The notes beneath the pieces are model-generated. The model searched no databases and was not told the origin of the DNA. It was given only the letters and a program-made list of their open reading frames with translations. From NCBI GenBank assembly GCA_934757855.1, contig CAKVLR010000002.1:157825-221824 (forward strand): 64,000 nt of DNA, written 5' to 3'. Each line of letters opens with the position of its first letter. Position 1 is the stretch's first letter. The translations under genes and the position numbers were made by a program. Below are positions 28,724 through 38,391 of the stretch, in pieces. This DNA is from an uncultured Clostridia bacterium (GTDB taxonomy: Bacteria > Bacillota > Clostridia > Christensenellales > UBA1242).

Positions 28724-30251
28724 CTATATTCTCCCCCGCGATTAAACTTTCACCAGTCATTTCCGCTGGCTTGTAAATCTCCATTAATTGTAGCACAGTT
28801 GGTGCGAAAGAGTCAAGAGCAAATTTGCCTTGTTTCAATTTTCTTGTCTTGTCGGTCAAAATAAATGGCACTGGATTTGTAGTGTGAGTCGTGCTTGTAC
28901 CGTTTGAGGTGCGCATATCTTCGATATTTCCGTGGTCGGCTGTAATTATACAAGTATAACCCGCTTTTAGTGCGGAAGTAACCGTTTTTTCCAAAGCACT
29001 GTCTAGTGCCTCCAACGCTTGCACGCTTGCCTCAAAATTGCCCGTATGTCCTACCATATCGCCGTTACTAAAATTAATTAACACAAAATCATACGACTTT
29101 TTACTTATTTCTTCACTGGCAATATTTGCTATTTCTGGCGCACGCATTACTGGGAAATCTGCAAAATTATCTACAAATTTGCTCTCTACCATTATGCGCT
29201 TTTCACCTTTGTAAGGCTTTTCTACCCCGCCGTTAAAGTAGTAGGTCACATGGGCGTATTTGGTAGTTTCGGCGAGTTTAAGTTGCTTGCACCCAACTCT
29301 AGACAATCTCTCCGATAGTGTATTTACAGGCACATCGGGACCAAATATGTATGGCAAATTCGTTTGCGCTTCATCGTACATACACATTGCGGTTGCCTTG
29401 ATTTTTGGCAAAAATTTACGCTGAAAGCAAACAAAATTTTTACTAGCAAACGCGCTACTGATTTGGCGCATACGGTCTGGTCGGAAATTAAAAAATAAAA
29501 TTTCATCGCCATCTTTCATACCTTCGTACCCACCAACCACAAAAGGAGGCATAAACTCATCGCTCACATTTCTAGCGTAAGTTTTCTTAAAGGCATCGTA
29601 AATTCCATTTACACGCGTCCCCACGCCCGCTGTAATTAGGTCAAAAGCCACTTGCGTACGGTTCCAACGCTCCTCTCTATCCATTGCATAAAATCTACCT
29701 ACAATAGTCGCAATCTCGCCTACACCAAGTTTACTCAACTCGACTTCAATTTCTTGCACAAAATGCTGTCCGCTCGTTGGGCTTGTATCCCTGCCGTCCG
29801 TAAAGCAATGCACTTTTATATCCTTAACCCCGCGTGCAACCGCTTGTCGAAGCAAATACTTGAGGTGTTCGATACTACTATGTACTCCGCCATTTGACAC
29901 TAACCCCGCAAGGTGCAAGGTTTTTTTGTTTGTCACTGCTCGGTCAAAAACAGCATCAAGCACTGGATTTTTGTCTAGGCTTTTGTCTTTAATCGCGTTG
30001 TTTATGCGCATAAAATCTTGATAAACTACTCGACCTGCGCCCAAATTGATATGGCCAACCTCACTATTGCCCATTTGTCCTTTTGGCAAGCCTACATACT
30101 GTTCACTAGCAAAAATAGTGGTATGCGGATATTCTTTTAAAAGGGCATTGTAAAATGGCATTTTGGCAACTTGCATAGGGTTACCCTCTGCCTCTTTGCG
30201 ATAGCCAAAACCATCTAAAATGATACCCACAACTCCTGTTTTTACTTTCAT
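28716..30251 (-). CDS. gpmI: 2,3-bisphosphoglycerate-independent phosphoglycerate mutase
   Basis: 511 aa. GNSEVGHINLGAGR and ITADHGN motifs. Confidence 0.95.
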   Translation of the reverse strand: MKVKTGVVGIILDGFGYRKEAEGNPMQVAKMPFYNALLKEYPHTTIFASEQYVGLPKGQMGNSEVGHINLGAGRVVYQDFMRINNAIKDKSLDKNPVLDAVFDRAVTNKKTLHLAGLVSNGGVHSSIEHLKYLLRQAVARGVKDIKVHCFTDGRDTSPTSGQHFVQEIEVELSKLGVGEIATIVGRFYAMDREERWNRTQVAFDLITAGVGTRVNGIYDAFKKTYARNVSDEFMPPFVVGGYEGMKDGDEILFFNFRPDRMRQISSAFASKNFVCFQRKFLPKIKATAMCMYDEAQTNLPYIFGPDVPVNTLSERLSRVGCKQLKLAETTKYAHVTYYFNGGVEKPYKGEKRIMVESKFVDNFADFPVMRAPEIANIASEEISKKSYDFVLINFSNGDMVGHTGNFEASVQALEALDSALEKTVTSALKAGYTCIITADHGNIEDMRTSNGTSTTHTTNPVPFILTDKTRKLKQGKFALDSFAPTVLQLMEIYKPAEMTGESLIAGENIDA

Positions 30252-30254
30252 ATT

Positions 30255-30995
30255 TTACCCCCTAAATACACTTGAAGCAATTTCCATAAATCTATCGCAA
30301 TCAAGGCTTGCACCACCGATAAGCGCGCCATCTACTATATCATTTGCAAGTAATTCACCGCTATTTGCTGGATTTACACTACCACCATATAGCACGATAT
30401 GCTCTTGCTTTCCCCAAATTTCATCAAGTGTTTGTTTGATAAACTTTATAGTATCTTGCACCAACTCACCACTAGCGCTCTTGCCTGTGCCGATAGCCCA
30501 AACAGGCTCATATGCAATGATAATTTGCTCTTTTTTGTTTAGTCCAGCAAGGTCACGCTCCAACTGTGCGCGCAACACCTCTTTTGTCTTGCCTTGTTCA
30601 AATTGAGTGGCAGTTTCGCCAATACACAAGATAGGCAACACACCATTTTCTTGCAAACGCTTCATTTTTTCGTTTATTATTTCATCAGTTTCATTAAAAT
30701 ATGCTCTGCGCTCGCTGTGACCCACGATACAAAAATCAAGCCCACAGTCTGCAAGCATTTCTGCCGAAATTTCCCCAGTATAAGCCCCGCGTTCGTGATT
30801 TGACACATTTTGCGCACCTATCATCATCATATTTGATTGCATTTTGTCCATTCCCAAAATATACACAAAAGCCACAGCAAGTCCAAACATTACATCACTA
30901 TTTTTAGGAAATTTGTATTTTTTCAATTTTTTGGAGAACTCGACAATCTCGCTTGCGGTCATATTCATTTTCCAGTTTCCAACGATATATTTCAT
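30255..30995 (-). CDS. tpiA: triose-phosphate isomerase
   Basis: GNWKMN, VGHSERR and AYEPVWAIGTG motifs. Confidence 0.95.
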   Translation of the reverse strand: MKYIVGNWKMNMTASEIVEFSKKLKKYKFPKNSDVMFGLAVAFVYILGMDKMQSNMMMIGAQNVSNHERGAYTGEISAEMLADCGLDFCIVGHSERRAYFNETDEIINEKMKRLQENGVLPILCIGETATQFEQGKTKEVLRAQLERDLAGLNKKEQIIIAYEPVWAIGTGKSASGELVQDTIKFIKQTLDEIWGKQEHIVLYGGSVNPANSGELLANDIVDGALIGGASLDCDRFMEIASSVFRG

Positions 30996-31006
30996 ATTTT
31001 CACCTC

Positions 31007-32197
31007 TTAAAGTTTCTCGCTCAATGCCTGCAACCCTGGTAAAGGCACGCCCTCGATTAGTTTTAAAGCAGCACCACCACCAGTCGATACATGATTGATT
31101 TTGCCTTGCAAGTTTAATTGCTCGATTGATTTTGCACTATCGCCACCACCGATAATTGTATATGCTCTACTATTTGCCAAAGCCTCCGCAATCTCGTTTG
31201 TACCTTTTGCAAAACGCTGAAATTCCGCAACACCTAGTGGACCATTCCAAAATATAGTCTTTGCCTTGTTGATATAGTGCTTAAATAGTTTAATAGTGCG
31301 CGGACCTATGTCCATACCCATACCAGTGCGCGGGAATTTTTTTGTCGAAGTAACCACAAATTCGGCAGAAAAACTAAATTCACCCGTTACCACATGGTCG
31401 ACAGGCAAAACGATTTTTACATCTTGCTTTTTCGCTTTTTCTAGTAGCAATCTAGCGAGCGTGATTTTATCTTTTTCTACGATAGATTTACCTACATTAA
31501 ACCCTTGCGCACGCAAGAATGTATATGCCATTGCACCACCTATCATCACGACATCAGCTACTTCAATCAATCTACTGATTAAGCCGATTTTGTCCTTTAC
31601 CTTTGCCCCACCAACAATAACCACAAATGGGCGTTTTGGATTTTCTAGCGCGCCACCTAATATATCTAATTCTTTTTGTACAAGCAAGCCTGCGCAACTT
31701 GGCAAGTATTCTGCAACTTTTGTAGTAGAAGCGTGCGCGCGGTGCATAGTACCAAAAGCATCGTTACAATAAATATCAGCAAGACTAGCAAGTTTTTTGG
31801 CAAATTCTGGGTCGTTCGCCTCCTCGCCTGGGTCGAAACGGACATTTTCCATCATCACAATGTCACCCTCTTTCATATTGCGCACATACTTAAATGTGTC
31901 ACTCCCTGCGACATCTTTTGTAAGAATTACAGGACATTTCATCAATTCGCGCAAGCGCTCTGCGACTGGTTTGAGCGAAAATTCAGGTTTAACCGTTCCC
32001 TCAGGTCTGCCTAAGTGGCTCACAATGATAATTTTTGCGCCTTGCTCACGCAAATAATTTAGCGTTGGTAAAGTTTCGCGAATACGCTTGTCGTTGGTGA
32101 TTTGCAAATTTGAGTTTAGTGGTACATTAAAATCAACACGCAAAAGCACTTTTTTGCCTTTTAATTCAAAATCTCTTAAAGTTTGTTTATTAAACAT
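31007..32197 (-). CDS. pgk: phosphoglycerate kinase
   Basis: RVDFNVP, SHLGRP and GGGDS motifs, 396 aa. Confidence 0.95.
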   Translation of the reverse strand: MFNKQTLRDFELKGKKVLLRVDFNVPLNSNLQITNDKRIRETLPTLNYLREQGAKIIIVSHLGRPEGTVKPEFSLKPVAERLRELMKCPVILTKDVAGSDTFKYVRNMKEGDIVMMENVRFDPGEEANDPEFAKKLASLADIYCNDAFGTMHRAHASTTKVAEYLPSCAGLLVQKELDILGGALENPKRPFVVIVGGAKVKDKIGLISRLIEVADVVMIGGAMAYTFLRAQGFNVGKSIVEKDKITLARLLLEKAKKQDVKIVLPVDHVVTGEFSFSAEFVVTSTKKFPRTGMGMDIGPRTIKLFKHYINKAKTIFWNGPLGVAEFQRFAKGTNEIAEALANSRAYTIIGGGDSAKSIEQLNLQGKINHVSTGGGAALKLIEGVPLPGLQALSEKL

Positions 32198-32210
32198 TTT
32201 ATACCCTCCA

Positions 32211-33854
32211 TTAAGCGGACAAAATACCTAGTTTTAGGCTAATATTCGCTAAATCTGTATTTATATCTTCAAAAGCAAGAATGATTGAAAAATACAAATC
32301 ATCTTCTACCATTCGCCTTGATTTCACATAATCATTATAAGTTGTTTTCTTAAATTTTTGGCAAAGCGCAAATATTTTTTTATTCAGTACCATTACTTCT
32401 TTTACCGTTTTGCTATTCACATTTTGCCCTGCAATCAATGCATCAATTAGGTTTATATTCATTTGAGTTAAATTTTTTATTTCATCAAAAATTTTACCTA
32501 ATGAAACATTTTGCTTGTCGGTCAATGGCTTCGATTTTTTAAGCAAATCGCTACCGTAATTATACAACTTATGCGAACGCTCATTCAAGTAATTTACATC
32601 GTTTAGAATATTTAGCAATACATTGAGTTTGGGCAATTCAGCCTCACTCGCCTTTGCAGACATTCGTATTGCTCCGTTTTGTGTAACTTTGATTACCTTT
32701 TCTAGTCCCTTAATCCTACCCAAAATACCGCGCATTTCGCGTTTTTCGGTAATTCGCGTTAGCAAATCGCTTTGCAGTTGTTCACTCAAAACAAGCAGTT
32801 TTTTAGTCGATTGCAACAGGTACGGATAGCCCACACCAAACACAGCAAGCGCGTTTTCAGACGGCAAAAATTCCGCATAAATGTTGTCTTTGCCTTTTTT
32901 GTCGCGAACAAGTTTTGTCATCATTTTTGCCAAGCCACCTTCAAACGGCAACAAAATTATACTAGGAATTGTCATTTGCACCATATGCGCAATAATTAGT
33001 GTCAAAATTACATTTTGCCCCAAAGCCTCAAACAACATAGACACAAGCGGAGTGAAATACAATGGCACCATTAATACAAAGGCAAACACTCTAAACAACA
33101 AGTGGAATGTAATCACGCGTTTGCCTTCTACGCTTTGACCTGAAATGGTATATACATAATCGCTTAGCGCCGTACCGATAGCAACCGCCATCATACCTAA
33201 AAATGCCGTTTCAATGCTGATAGGTCCAGCGCCCGCTACCCCCACAAGGGCAGAAAGTACAGTAAGGCTTGCGAAAGTGCTTGTCGTTAAAAAACTAATC
33301 ACAAACCCGATGAGTATCACAAACAACGGATGATTTAATTTACTCAAAAATTCAAATACTGCTGGAATTTCAAATATTTGTGTCGCATAAGAACCAACTA
33401 ATTCAATACCCACAAACAACATTCCAAATCCGACCAAAGCCTGCCCTAAGTGTTGCATTTTTTCAGTCTTGAAAAATAGCGTAAAAATTGCACCAAAAAG
33501 ACAAAGAATAGTGAGAATTGTCGTGAGGTTGAACCCCTGAAACATCATCAATATAATAGATAATGCATTACCAAAACTAACACCCAATATAAACGCAATA
33601 CTTTGTCGCGAGTTAATCGTGCCGACCTCAACAAAACCCATTACCATACTGCATACAAGTGTTGTTTTTTGAGTAATAAAAGTCATCACCCCGCCGACTA
33701 AATAACTCTTTATCGGACTTTTTGCAACAGTGCTAAATTTTTTGTTAAATCGAGAGCCTAAGGAAGTTTCTAGCGAACGGCTAAAAAGCGTCATACCATA
33801 TAGCAAAACGCCCAAACCCGCTAACGCTAAAATAATCATATAAATTACTTCCAT
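32211..33854 (-). CDS. Na/Pi cotransporter family protein with a PhoU-like C-terminal domain
   Basis: Multi-TM N-half with the duplicated Na_Pi_cotrans pattern (LLYGM.LFS..LE). Helical soluble C-half. The start is uncertain (33854 or 33839). Confidence 0.8.
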   Translation of the reverse strand: MEVIYMIILALAGLGVLLYGMTLFSRSLETSLGSRFNKKFSTVAKSPIKSYLVGGVMTFITQKTTLVCSMVMGFVEVGTINSRQSIAFILGVSFGNALSIILMMFQGFNLTTILTILCLFGAIFTLFFKTEKMQHLGQALVGFGMLFVGIELVGSYATQIFEIPAVFEFLSKLNHPLFVILIGFVISFLTTSTFASLTVLSALVGVAGAGPISIETAFLGMMAVAIGTALSDYVYTISGQSVEGKRVITFHLLFRVFAFVLMVPLYFTPLVSMLFEALGQNVILTLIIAHMVQMTIPSIILLPFEGGLAKMMTKLVRDKKGKDNIYAEFLPSENALAVFGVGYPYLLQSTKKLLVLSEQLQSDLLTRITEKREMRGILGRIKGLEKVIKVTQNGAIRMSAKASEAELPKLNVLLNILNDVNYLNERSHKLYNYGSDLLKKSKPLTDKQNVSLGKIFDEIKNLTQMNINLIDALIAGQNVNSKTVKEVMVLNKKIFALCQKFKKTTYNDYVKSRRMVEDDLYFSIILAFEDINTDLANISLKLGILSA

Positions 33855-33987
33855 AACGATATTAGCCTTTTTTATTTTGTACAAATAAAGTTTAACCAAA
33901 TTGCACTATTTATATGATACTAAAAAATACAATTAAAGGCAAATATTTTAACTATATTTTTAAAATTAAGTTGCATAAAAAAATTTT

Positions 33988-34019
33988 ATAAATAAAAATG
34001 AGCCTCGTATAAAGGCTCA
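33988..34019 (-). terminator. rho-independent terminator closing the GT2 / CofD-HAD / NTP-transferase operon
   Basis: GAGCCT (34000-34005) / AGGCTC (34013-34018) stem with a 7-nt loop, then ATTTTTATTT on the minus strand. Confidence 0.7.
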
Positions 34020-34028
34020 ATAAAATAT

Positions 34029-34748
34029 TTATTTTTTTAGTAATTTTGCCAAATTGTCAGCATACTGTTCCAGCGTATTAAAAGAAAAGTCATTGTAATT
34101 GGTGATTTCTACTACTTTGGCTTTAATATTTGTTTCGTTAAATACATCTAAAAATTCCATTTCGTTTTTATGTTTGTGGACATAATTTCCGTTTTCATCG
34201 GTAATTTTACGGCTAAATTCACTCAACTTATTTTTTAGAAGCATAGCATTTCCATAAAAAACACTCAAATCGTGATAACCTTCTGTAATAGGTTCATTAA
34301 ATTTTGAAAAATGAACTCTTACACAATCATTCTCAACGGGAATAATCTGCACATAAGGACTTTTTTCCTTTGTGCAAGGAATAACCATTTCGCCACTATA
34401 ATTATCTTTTATGCGAGAATAAACGACATCATCTTGCAAGCAGTCACCCCATTGAATATAACAAGTATCCTCAGACGAAACCGCAATTTGATTAAGCGCT
34501 TTCCAGACAGCATCACCGCTTCCTTTGCCTGATTCAATTACTATTTTTTGTGCATCACCTAATATTTCATCAGTAAAAAAGTGTTCATTAGCAAAAGAAC
34601 ATACAACCATAACTTTATCACAGAATTTAGACATTCTATCAATATTGATTTGCAATAAAGGTCGGTCACCCACAGGCATTAACGATTTTGGGATTTCACT
34701 CTTAAATCTTGATTGATTGCCTGCTGAGATTATTAATCCTACTATCAT
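34029..34748 (-). CDS. LicC/MobA-like nucleotidyltransferase
   Basis: N-terminal GLIISAGNQSRF....PKSLMPV (AxGxGxR...PK signature). Size and C-terminal layout resemble CTP:phospho-X cytidylyltransferases. Its start overlaps the upstream gene by 47 nt. Confidence 0.7.
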   Translation of the reverse strand: MIVGLIISAGNQSRFKSEIPKSLMPVGDRPLLQINIDRMSKFCDKVMVVCSFANEHFFTDEILGDAQKIVIESGKGSGDAVWKALNQIAVSSEDTCYIQWGDCLQDDVVYSRIKDNYSGEMVIPCTKEKSPYVQIIPVENDCVRVHFSKFNEPITEGYHDLSVFYGNAMLLKNKLSEFSRKITDENGNYVHKHKNEMEFLDVFNETNIKAKVVEITNYNDFSFNTLEQYADNLAKLLKK

Positions 34749-36456
34749 CTTTTGCCTCCAACAATTTTATCAACAAATTCGTTTCATTTACACTACCAAC
34801 ATCTATCGAATATGTCGATTGCTTTGCAATTTCTTTATCATTTCCATCAGCATTTTCATCACCAACAAACAACACATTTTCATCAGGTCTGCTTATTTTT
34901 GAAAGTATATTTGCTTTATTGTTAGACTTATTTAAAATATCAACTGTTGTCTTGCCAGTCATTCTCGCTTCACAATCTTTGTCGCCATAATTTTCAAAAA
35001 TTTTTGTCAAAGTTTCGCGTTCTTTTGTAGCCAATGGCTTAATTTTTACATTGTAAATGTTTTCATTTCCTACCATTGTAGTCTTGTCTTGAAGGTTGTA
35101 TTCTTGCACAAATTTATTTATTATTCCCAAAGATTTTTTGCTTAAAGCAAATTCTTTAATTTCATCAACAGGCTTGTCGTTTACATACAAAATAGCATTT
35201 GCATCAGCCCAAATAGGCAACCTAAAATCTGCCAAATTTTCACCAAAAATATGCACCAATTTCTCTCTTATACTTTGATAAGAATTACCGCTCACTATTA
35301 CCGCTTTGTCGGCAAAATTTGAGTTAATATTTTTGATATTTTCTATTGAAGTTTTGAGCACATCTTCACTAGCATTTCTAGCGAAAATTGTATCATCAAA
35401 ATCAAATACGATTTTATCAAAATCTTGTGAAAGACCATAGTATGTAGCAAACACACCTTTTGCAAATTCCACAGGAATGTGTTTACCCTTTTCATTTCCC
35501 ATTGCCTCAAAAGCAAAAGTATGCTTATCATCAGTCATACGCAACAATGGGTTTGCATCTGTATTCATAAGCAAAGTAAAATCAGTTAAATCAAGTCCAC
35601 TTTGTTCCATAAATTTTATAAATTCTAGACTACTCACTCCCCAACTATCGCCATCTTTTTCATTGTTAAATAACCAAATCTTTTTTGCTTTGGATTGATT
35701 GATATATTGGGCAAAATTTAAGTATTCAATAGTCGGCTGAATAGAACTCCAAAAAGTACCAGTCGATACCAAAATCAAATCTGCATCAGTTACCGCATCA
35801 ATAGCACGCTGGTTTAGTCCAAAACTACCATTTTCAACATCATAAACTGTCTTTATAATCTTATCGTTTTCATTATTCCAGAATACAGTTTCCCCCTCAT
35901 CTGGTATTAGGTAGCCAGATTGAGTGAGCGCCTTGATATAGACATTGTCAAATGAATTTAAAATAACAAAATCATCTATATTCATTCTATCACAAAAATG
36001 CTTGTTTGTTGCTTCATAGCCTATTTCACGATACATTTCGGCATAAACAATGTTTGAAACGCTAAAATCTTTGTATTCAAAATCTTTTGCTTTTGGCAAA
36101 GCAAAAAACCTCTCAGCATAAGGAATATATTCTGGCATATTCCATTTTTCTAGTAAATTTTTTACCTCATCGAGTTCGTTGCCTTTTGTAAAATCATACC
36201 TGCCGTGATAAAATTCTTTTAAATTCTCATCAACATTATCACCATATACAGCCTCGTACATACGCGAGTGGTTTTTCCTAATATCAGAAACACCCAAAGT
36301 ATTTGTTACAGCACGACAAACACCAGTAGATTTTCCATTATCATAAGCATTTACAATTACCTTTATATCAAAATCGTTTCTATTTCCAACAAATTTTTCC
36401 AAGCCTTTAACCAAAGCATCATTGCCAGAGCCACCTGATAAAATAACTATTTTCAT
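34702..36456 (-). CDS. fusion protein: CofD/YvcK(GlmR)-superfamily domain plus HAD-superfamily (IIB-like) phosphatase domain
   Basis: N-half: KIVILSGGSGNDALVKGL, VIVNAYDNGKSTG, LGVSDIRKN and ADLILVSTGTFWSSIQP, matching the UPF0052/CofD pattern (GGTG..., VaDDGGSsG, PGDiRn, aDlIvlGPGSlyTS). C-half: DFDDT (HAD motif I), VSGNSY (motif II) and FVGDENADGND (motif IV). Confidence 0.6.
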   Translation of the reverse strand: MKIVILSGGSGNDALVKGLEKFVGNRNDFDIKVIVNAYDNGKSTGVCRAVTNTLGVSDIRKNHSRMYEAVYGDNVDENLKEFYHGRYDFTKGNELDEVKNLLEKWNMPEYIPYAERFFALPKAKDFEYKDFSVSNIVYAEMYREIGYEATNKHFCDRMNIDDFVILNSFDNVYIKALTQSGYLIPDEGETVFWNNENDKIIKTVYDVENGSFGLNQRAIDAVTDADLILVSTGTFWSSIQPTIEYLNFAQYINQSKAKKIWLFNNEKDGDSWGVSSLEFIKFMEQSGLDLTDFTLLMNTDANPLLRMTDDKHTFAFEAMGNEKGKHIPVEFAKGVFATYYGLSQDFDKIVFDFDDTIFARNASEDVLKTSIENIKNINSNFADKAVIVSGNSYQSIREKLVHIFGENLADFRLPIWADANAILYVNDKPVDEIKEFALSKKSLGIINKFVQEYNLQDKTTMVGNENIYNVKIKPLATKERETLTKIFENYGDKDCEARMTGKTTVDILNKSNNKANILSKISRPDENVLFVGDENADGNDKEIAKQSTYSIDVGSVNETNLLIKLLEAKDDSRINNLSRQSIKI

Positions 36457-36480
36457 TTTTATGTAATCCTTTTAGTAATT

Positions 36481-37860
36481 CTAACCTACATTTTGTTCTT
36501 TTATTTTAGATTCTTCAATTTGATTTTCAGTCGCACATTCATTTGTTTCCACTTTATTAAATGTGTCGAAATTTGAAGTGTTTTGGTGTTCAATCGTAGT
36601 CCACACAAACTGCTTTTTGGAAAAAATTGCGATAACTTGAATAGGTGCCAAAAACAAGGCGAACAATGGATAAATCAATACTGATGCCACTTTCAATCCA
36701 GTAGATACACCAATAATACGGTCTTTTTCTTTTGCATACGCCACAATAGCGGTTATCATTATGCCGATATAGCCTAAAACAAAGTTACAAGCAAACAAGA
36801 TGCCCCAGTATGTCCAAGCCAATGTGCTATCAAGCCCAAATAAGGGAATAAACAATTTTAATACTATATCAAGCAGTAAAATCGCGATACCCATTGCACC
36901 AACTGGCAAAGTAACACACATCAAATCAAAAGCCGAGCCTTTGCACATTACTTCATCTTTTGCAGTGTTTTTACTTCTACAAAAAACCATCTTAAACAAG
37001 TCTTTAAATCTTTTTCTACAAACAATATCTGTACCTTTTGCCCACCTCAGCCTTTGTCGATACATTGCACCAAATTTTGTAGGGTGTTCATCATAGTACA
37101 TTGCTTCATCACAATACCTAACTTTGTGCCCTTTTAAAACTTGTTCAATAGTAAAATCGGTATCATCTGAAAGATTAACAATGTTCCAGCCATTTTCCAC
37201 CATTTTGTTACTTACCAAAAAGCCTGAGCCCAGTATTCTTGAAGAACACCCCATCGCCTCACGACCGTTTGATTCCACCGAACAGCCTACCGTGTATAAT
37301 ATTCCATAACAAGCAGTCTGTACATTTTCGCCAAAATTCTTTGAATTTCTAAACGAAGTAATCGCACTTTCCCTATTGTAGTACAAAAACGCATCATTCA
37401 TTTTATTGAAATATTCTTTATCAACAATATTGTCAGCATCAAAAATATGATAACCATCATAACTACTGATTTTGTAGTCTTGCTCAATTAACTGAAATAC
37501 TTTTTTTAATGCATAACCTTTTGTGCGCTCCTCATCATTATTGTACTCATAAACAATCGCACCAGCATTTCTAGCACATTCTGCAGTAGTATCTGTACAA
37601 TTATGTGCGATTACAAATATATCCAATAATTCTTGCGGATAGTTCGATTTTTTAATGCTTTCTATTAGATTTGCGACAACCTTTTCTTCATTTCTGGCGC
37701 AAATAATTACACCATATTTAAGTTTTTCTTCTTGCTCTGGATATTTTTTCCTTTTTCCAAAAACCCCAGCCAAAAATATCACTATATACTGAATAAGAAA
37801 AATAGCGGTCAAACACCCGAACACAGTCATTATTATTCCAATAATACCAATATAATTCAA
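36481..37860 (-). CDS. membrane-embedded family-2 glycosyltransferase of the processive synthase type
   Basis: TTG start 7 nt after a GGAG RBS. N-terminal TM. GVIICARNEEKVV, FDADN (DxD), LSDDTD and QRLRWAKG (QxxRW). Four to five C-terminal TM helices. Confidence 0.85.
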   Translation of the reverse strand: MNYIGIIGIIMTVFGCLTAIFLIQYIVIFLAGVFGKRKKYPEQEEKLKYGVIICARNEEKVVANLIESIKKSNYPQELLDIFVIAHNCTDTTAECARNAGAIVYEYNNDEERTKGYALKKVFQLIEQDYKISSYDGYHIFDADNIVDKEYFNKMNDAFLYYNRESAITSFRNSKNFGENVQTACYGILYTVGCSVESNGREAMGCSSRILGSGFLVSNKMVENGWNIVNLSDDTDFTIEQVLKGHKVRYCDEAMYYDEHPTKFGAMYRQRLRWAKGTDIVCRKRFKDLFKMVFCRSKNTAKDEVMCKGSAFDLMCVTLPVGAMGIAILLLDIVLKLFIPLFGLDSTLAWTYWGILFACNFVLGYIGIMITAIVAYAKEKDRIIGVSTGLKVASVLIYPLFALFLAPIQVIAIFSKKQFVWTTIEHQNTSNFDTFNKVETNECATENQIEESKIKEQNVG

Positions 37861-38391
37861 AACAAATCTCCTTACAAAACAGTAGTTAAATCACACGAAA
37901 CGAAAAGCATATAAAATTATCAAATATTACAAACATTTACCCGACATTTTTGTCAATAAAAATGACCAACTATTATTTAAATAGCAGGCTCTTTTTTTGT
38001 TTTTCCGCAAAATTTTCATCAAAAAAATCTATATTAGATTATAAAAAACGCAAAATAAACAAATAATTTAATACTCTATACTATAAAATAATAGTGCTAT
38101 TTAAATAACAGCAGGCTTTTTTGTGGCTAGGATTCTATATCATATTTTCAATACTTACATCTACATAACTAAACACTTTTTAACAAAAATATCCAAAAAT
38201 AATTTAAAAATTAACAAAACAACCAATTTTTTTAACTTCAAACTATTATTTTCAGTTTAACACATTAGAGTATCAATGTCAATAAAATATAATTTATTTT
38301 ATAAAATAAACACGCGTTCAATATAAAAATGAACATTAATTAATTTAATTTTTATATTTTTAGGTATAACACAACTCGACTTTGTATAAAA

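Noticed and set aside
31296-31772. 158-aa plus-strand ORF inside pgk, and similar antisense ORFs inside nrdD (9045-9452), the MBL gene (10277-10717), glmM (43022-43522), the DUF2798-like gene (45107-45538) and aspS (53435-53791)
   Set aside because: All lie antisense to genes with unambiguous conserved motifs and have low-complexity translations without RBSs, so they are shadow ORFs.
34702-36456. Annotating the CofD-like protein as an F420 biosynthesis enzyme (CofD/FbiA)
   Set aside because: No other F420 genes (cofC/E/G/H) are present. The motifs are closer to the YvcK/GlmR branch. The HAD fusion and GT2 context point to glycan chemistry rather than F420.
37861-38391. Known riboswitch (for example c-di-GMP) in the GT2 operon leader
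   Set aside because: The region is almost purely A/T and lacks the GC-rich conserved cores of the GEMM or other riboswitch classes I can recall. It is retained only as an unexplained long leader.
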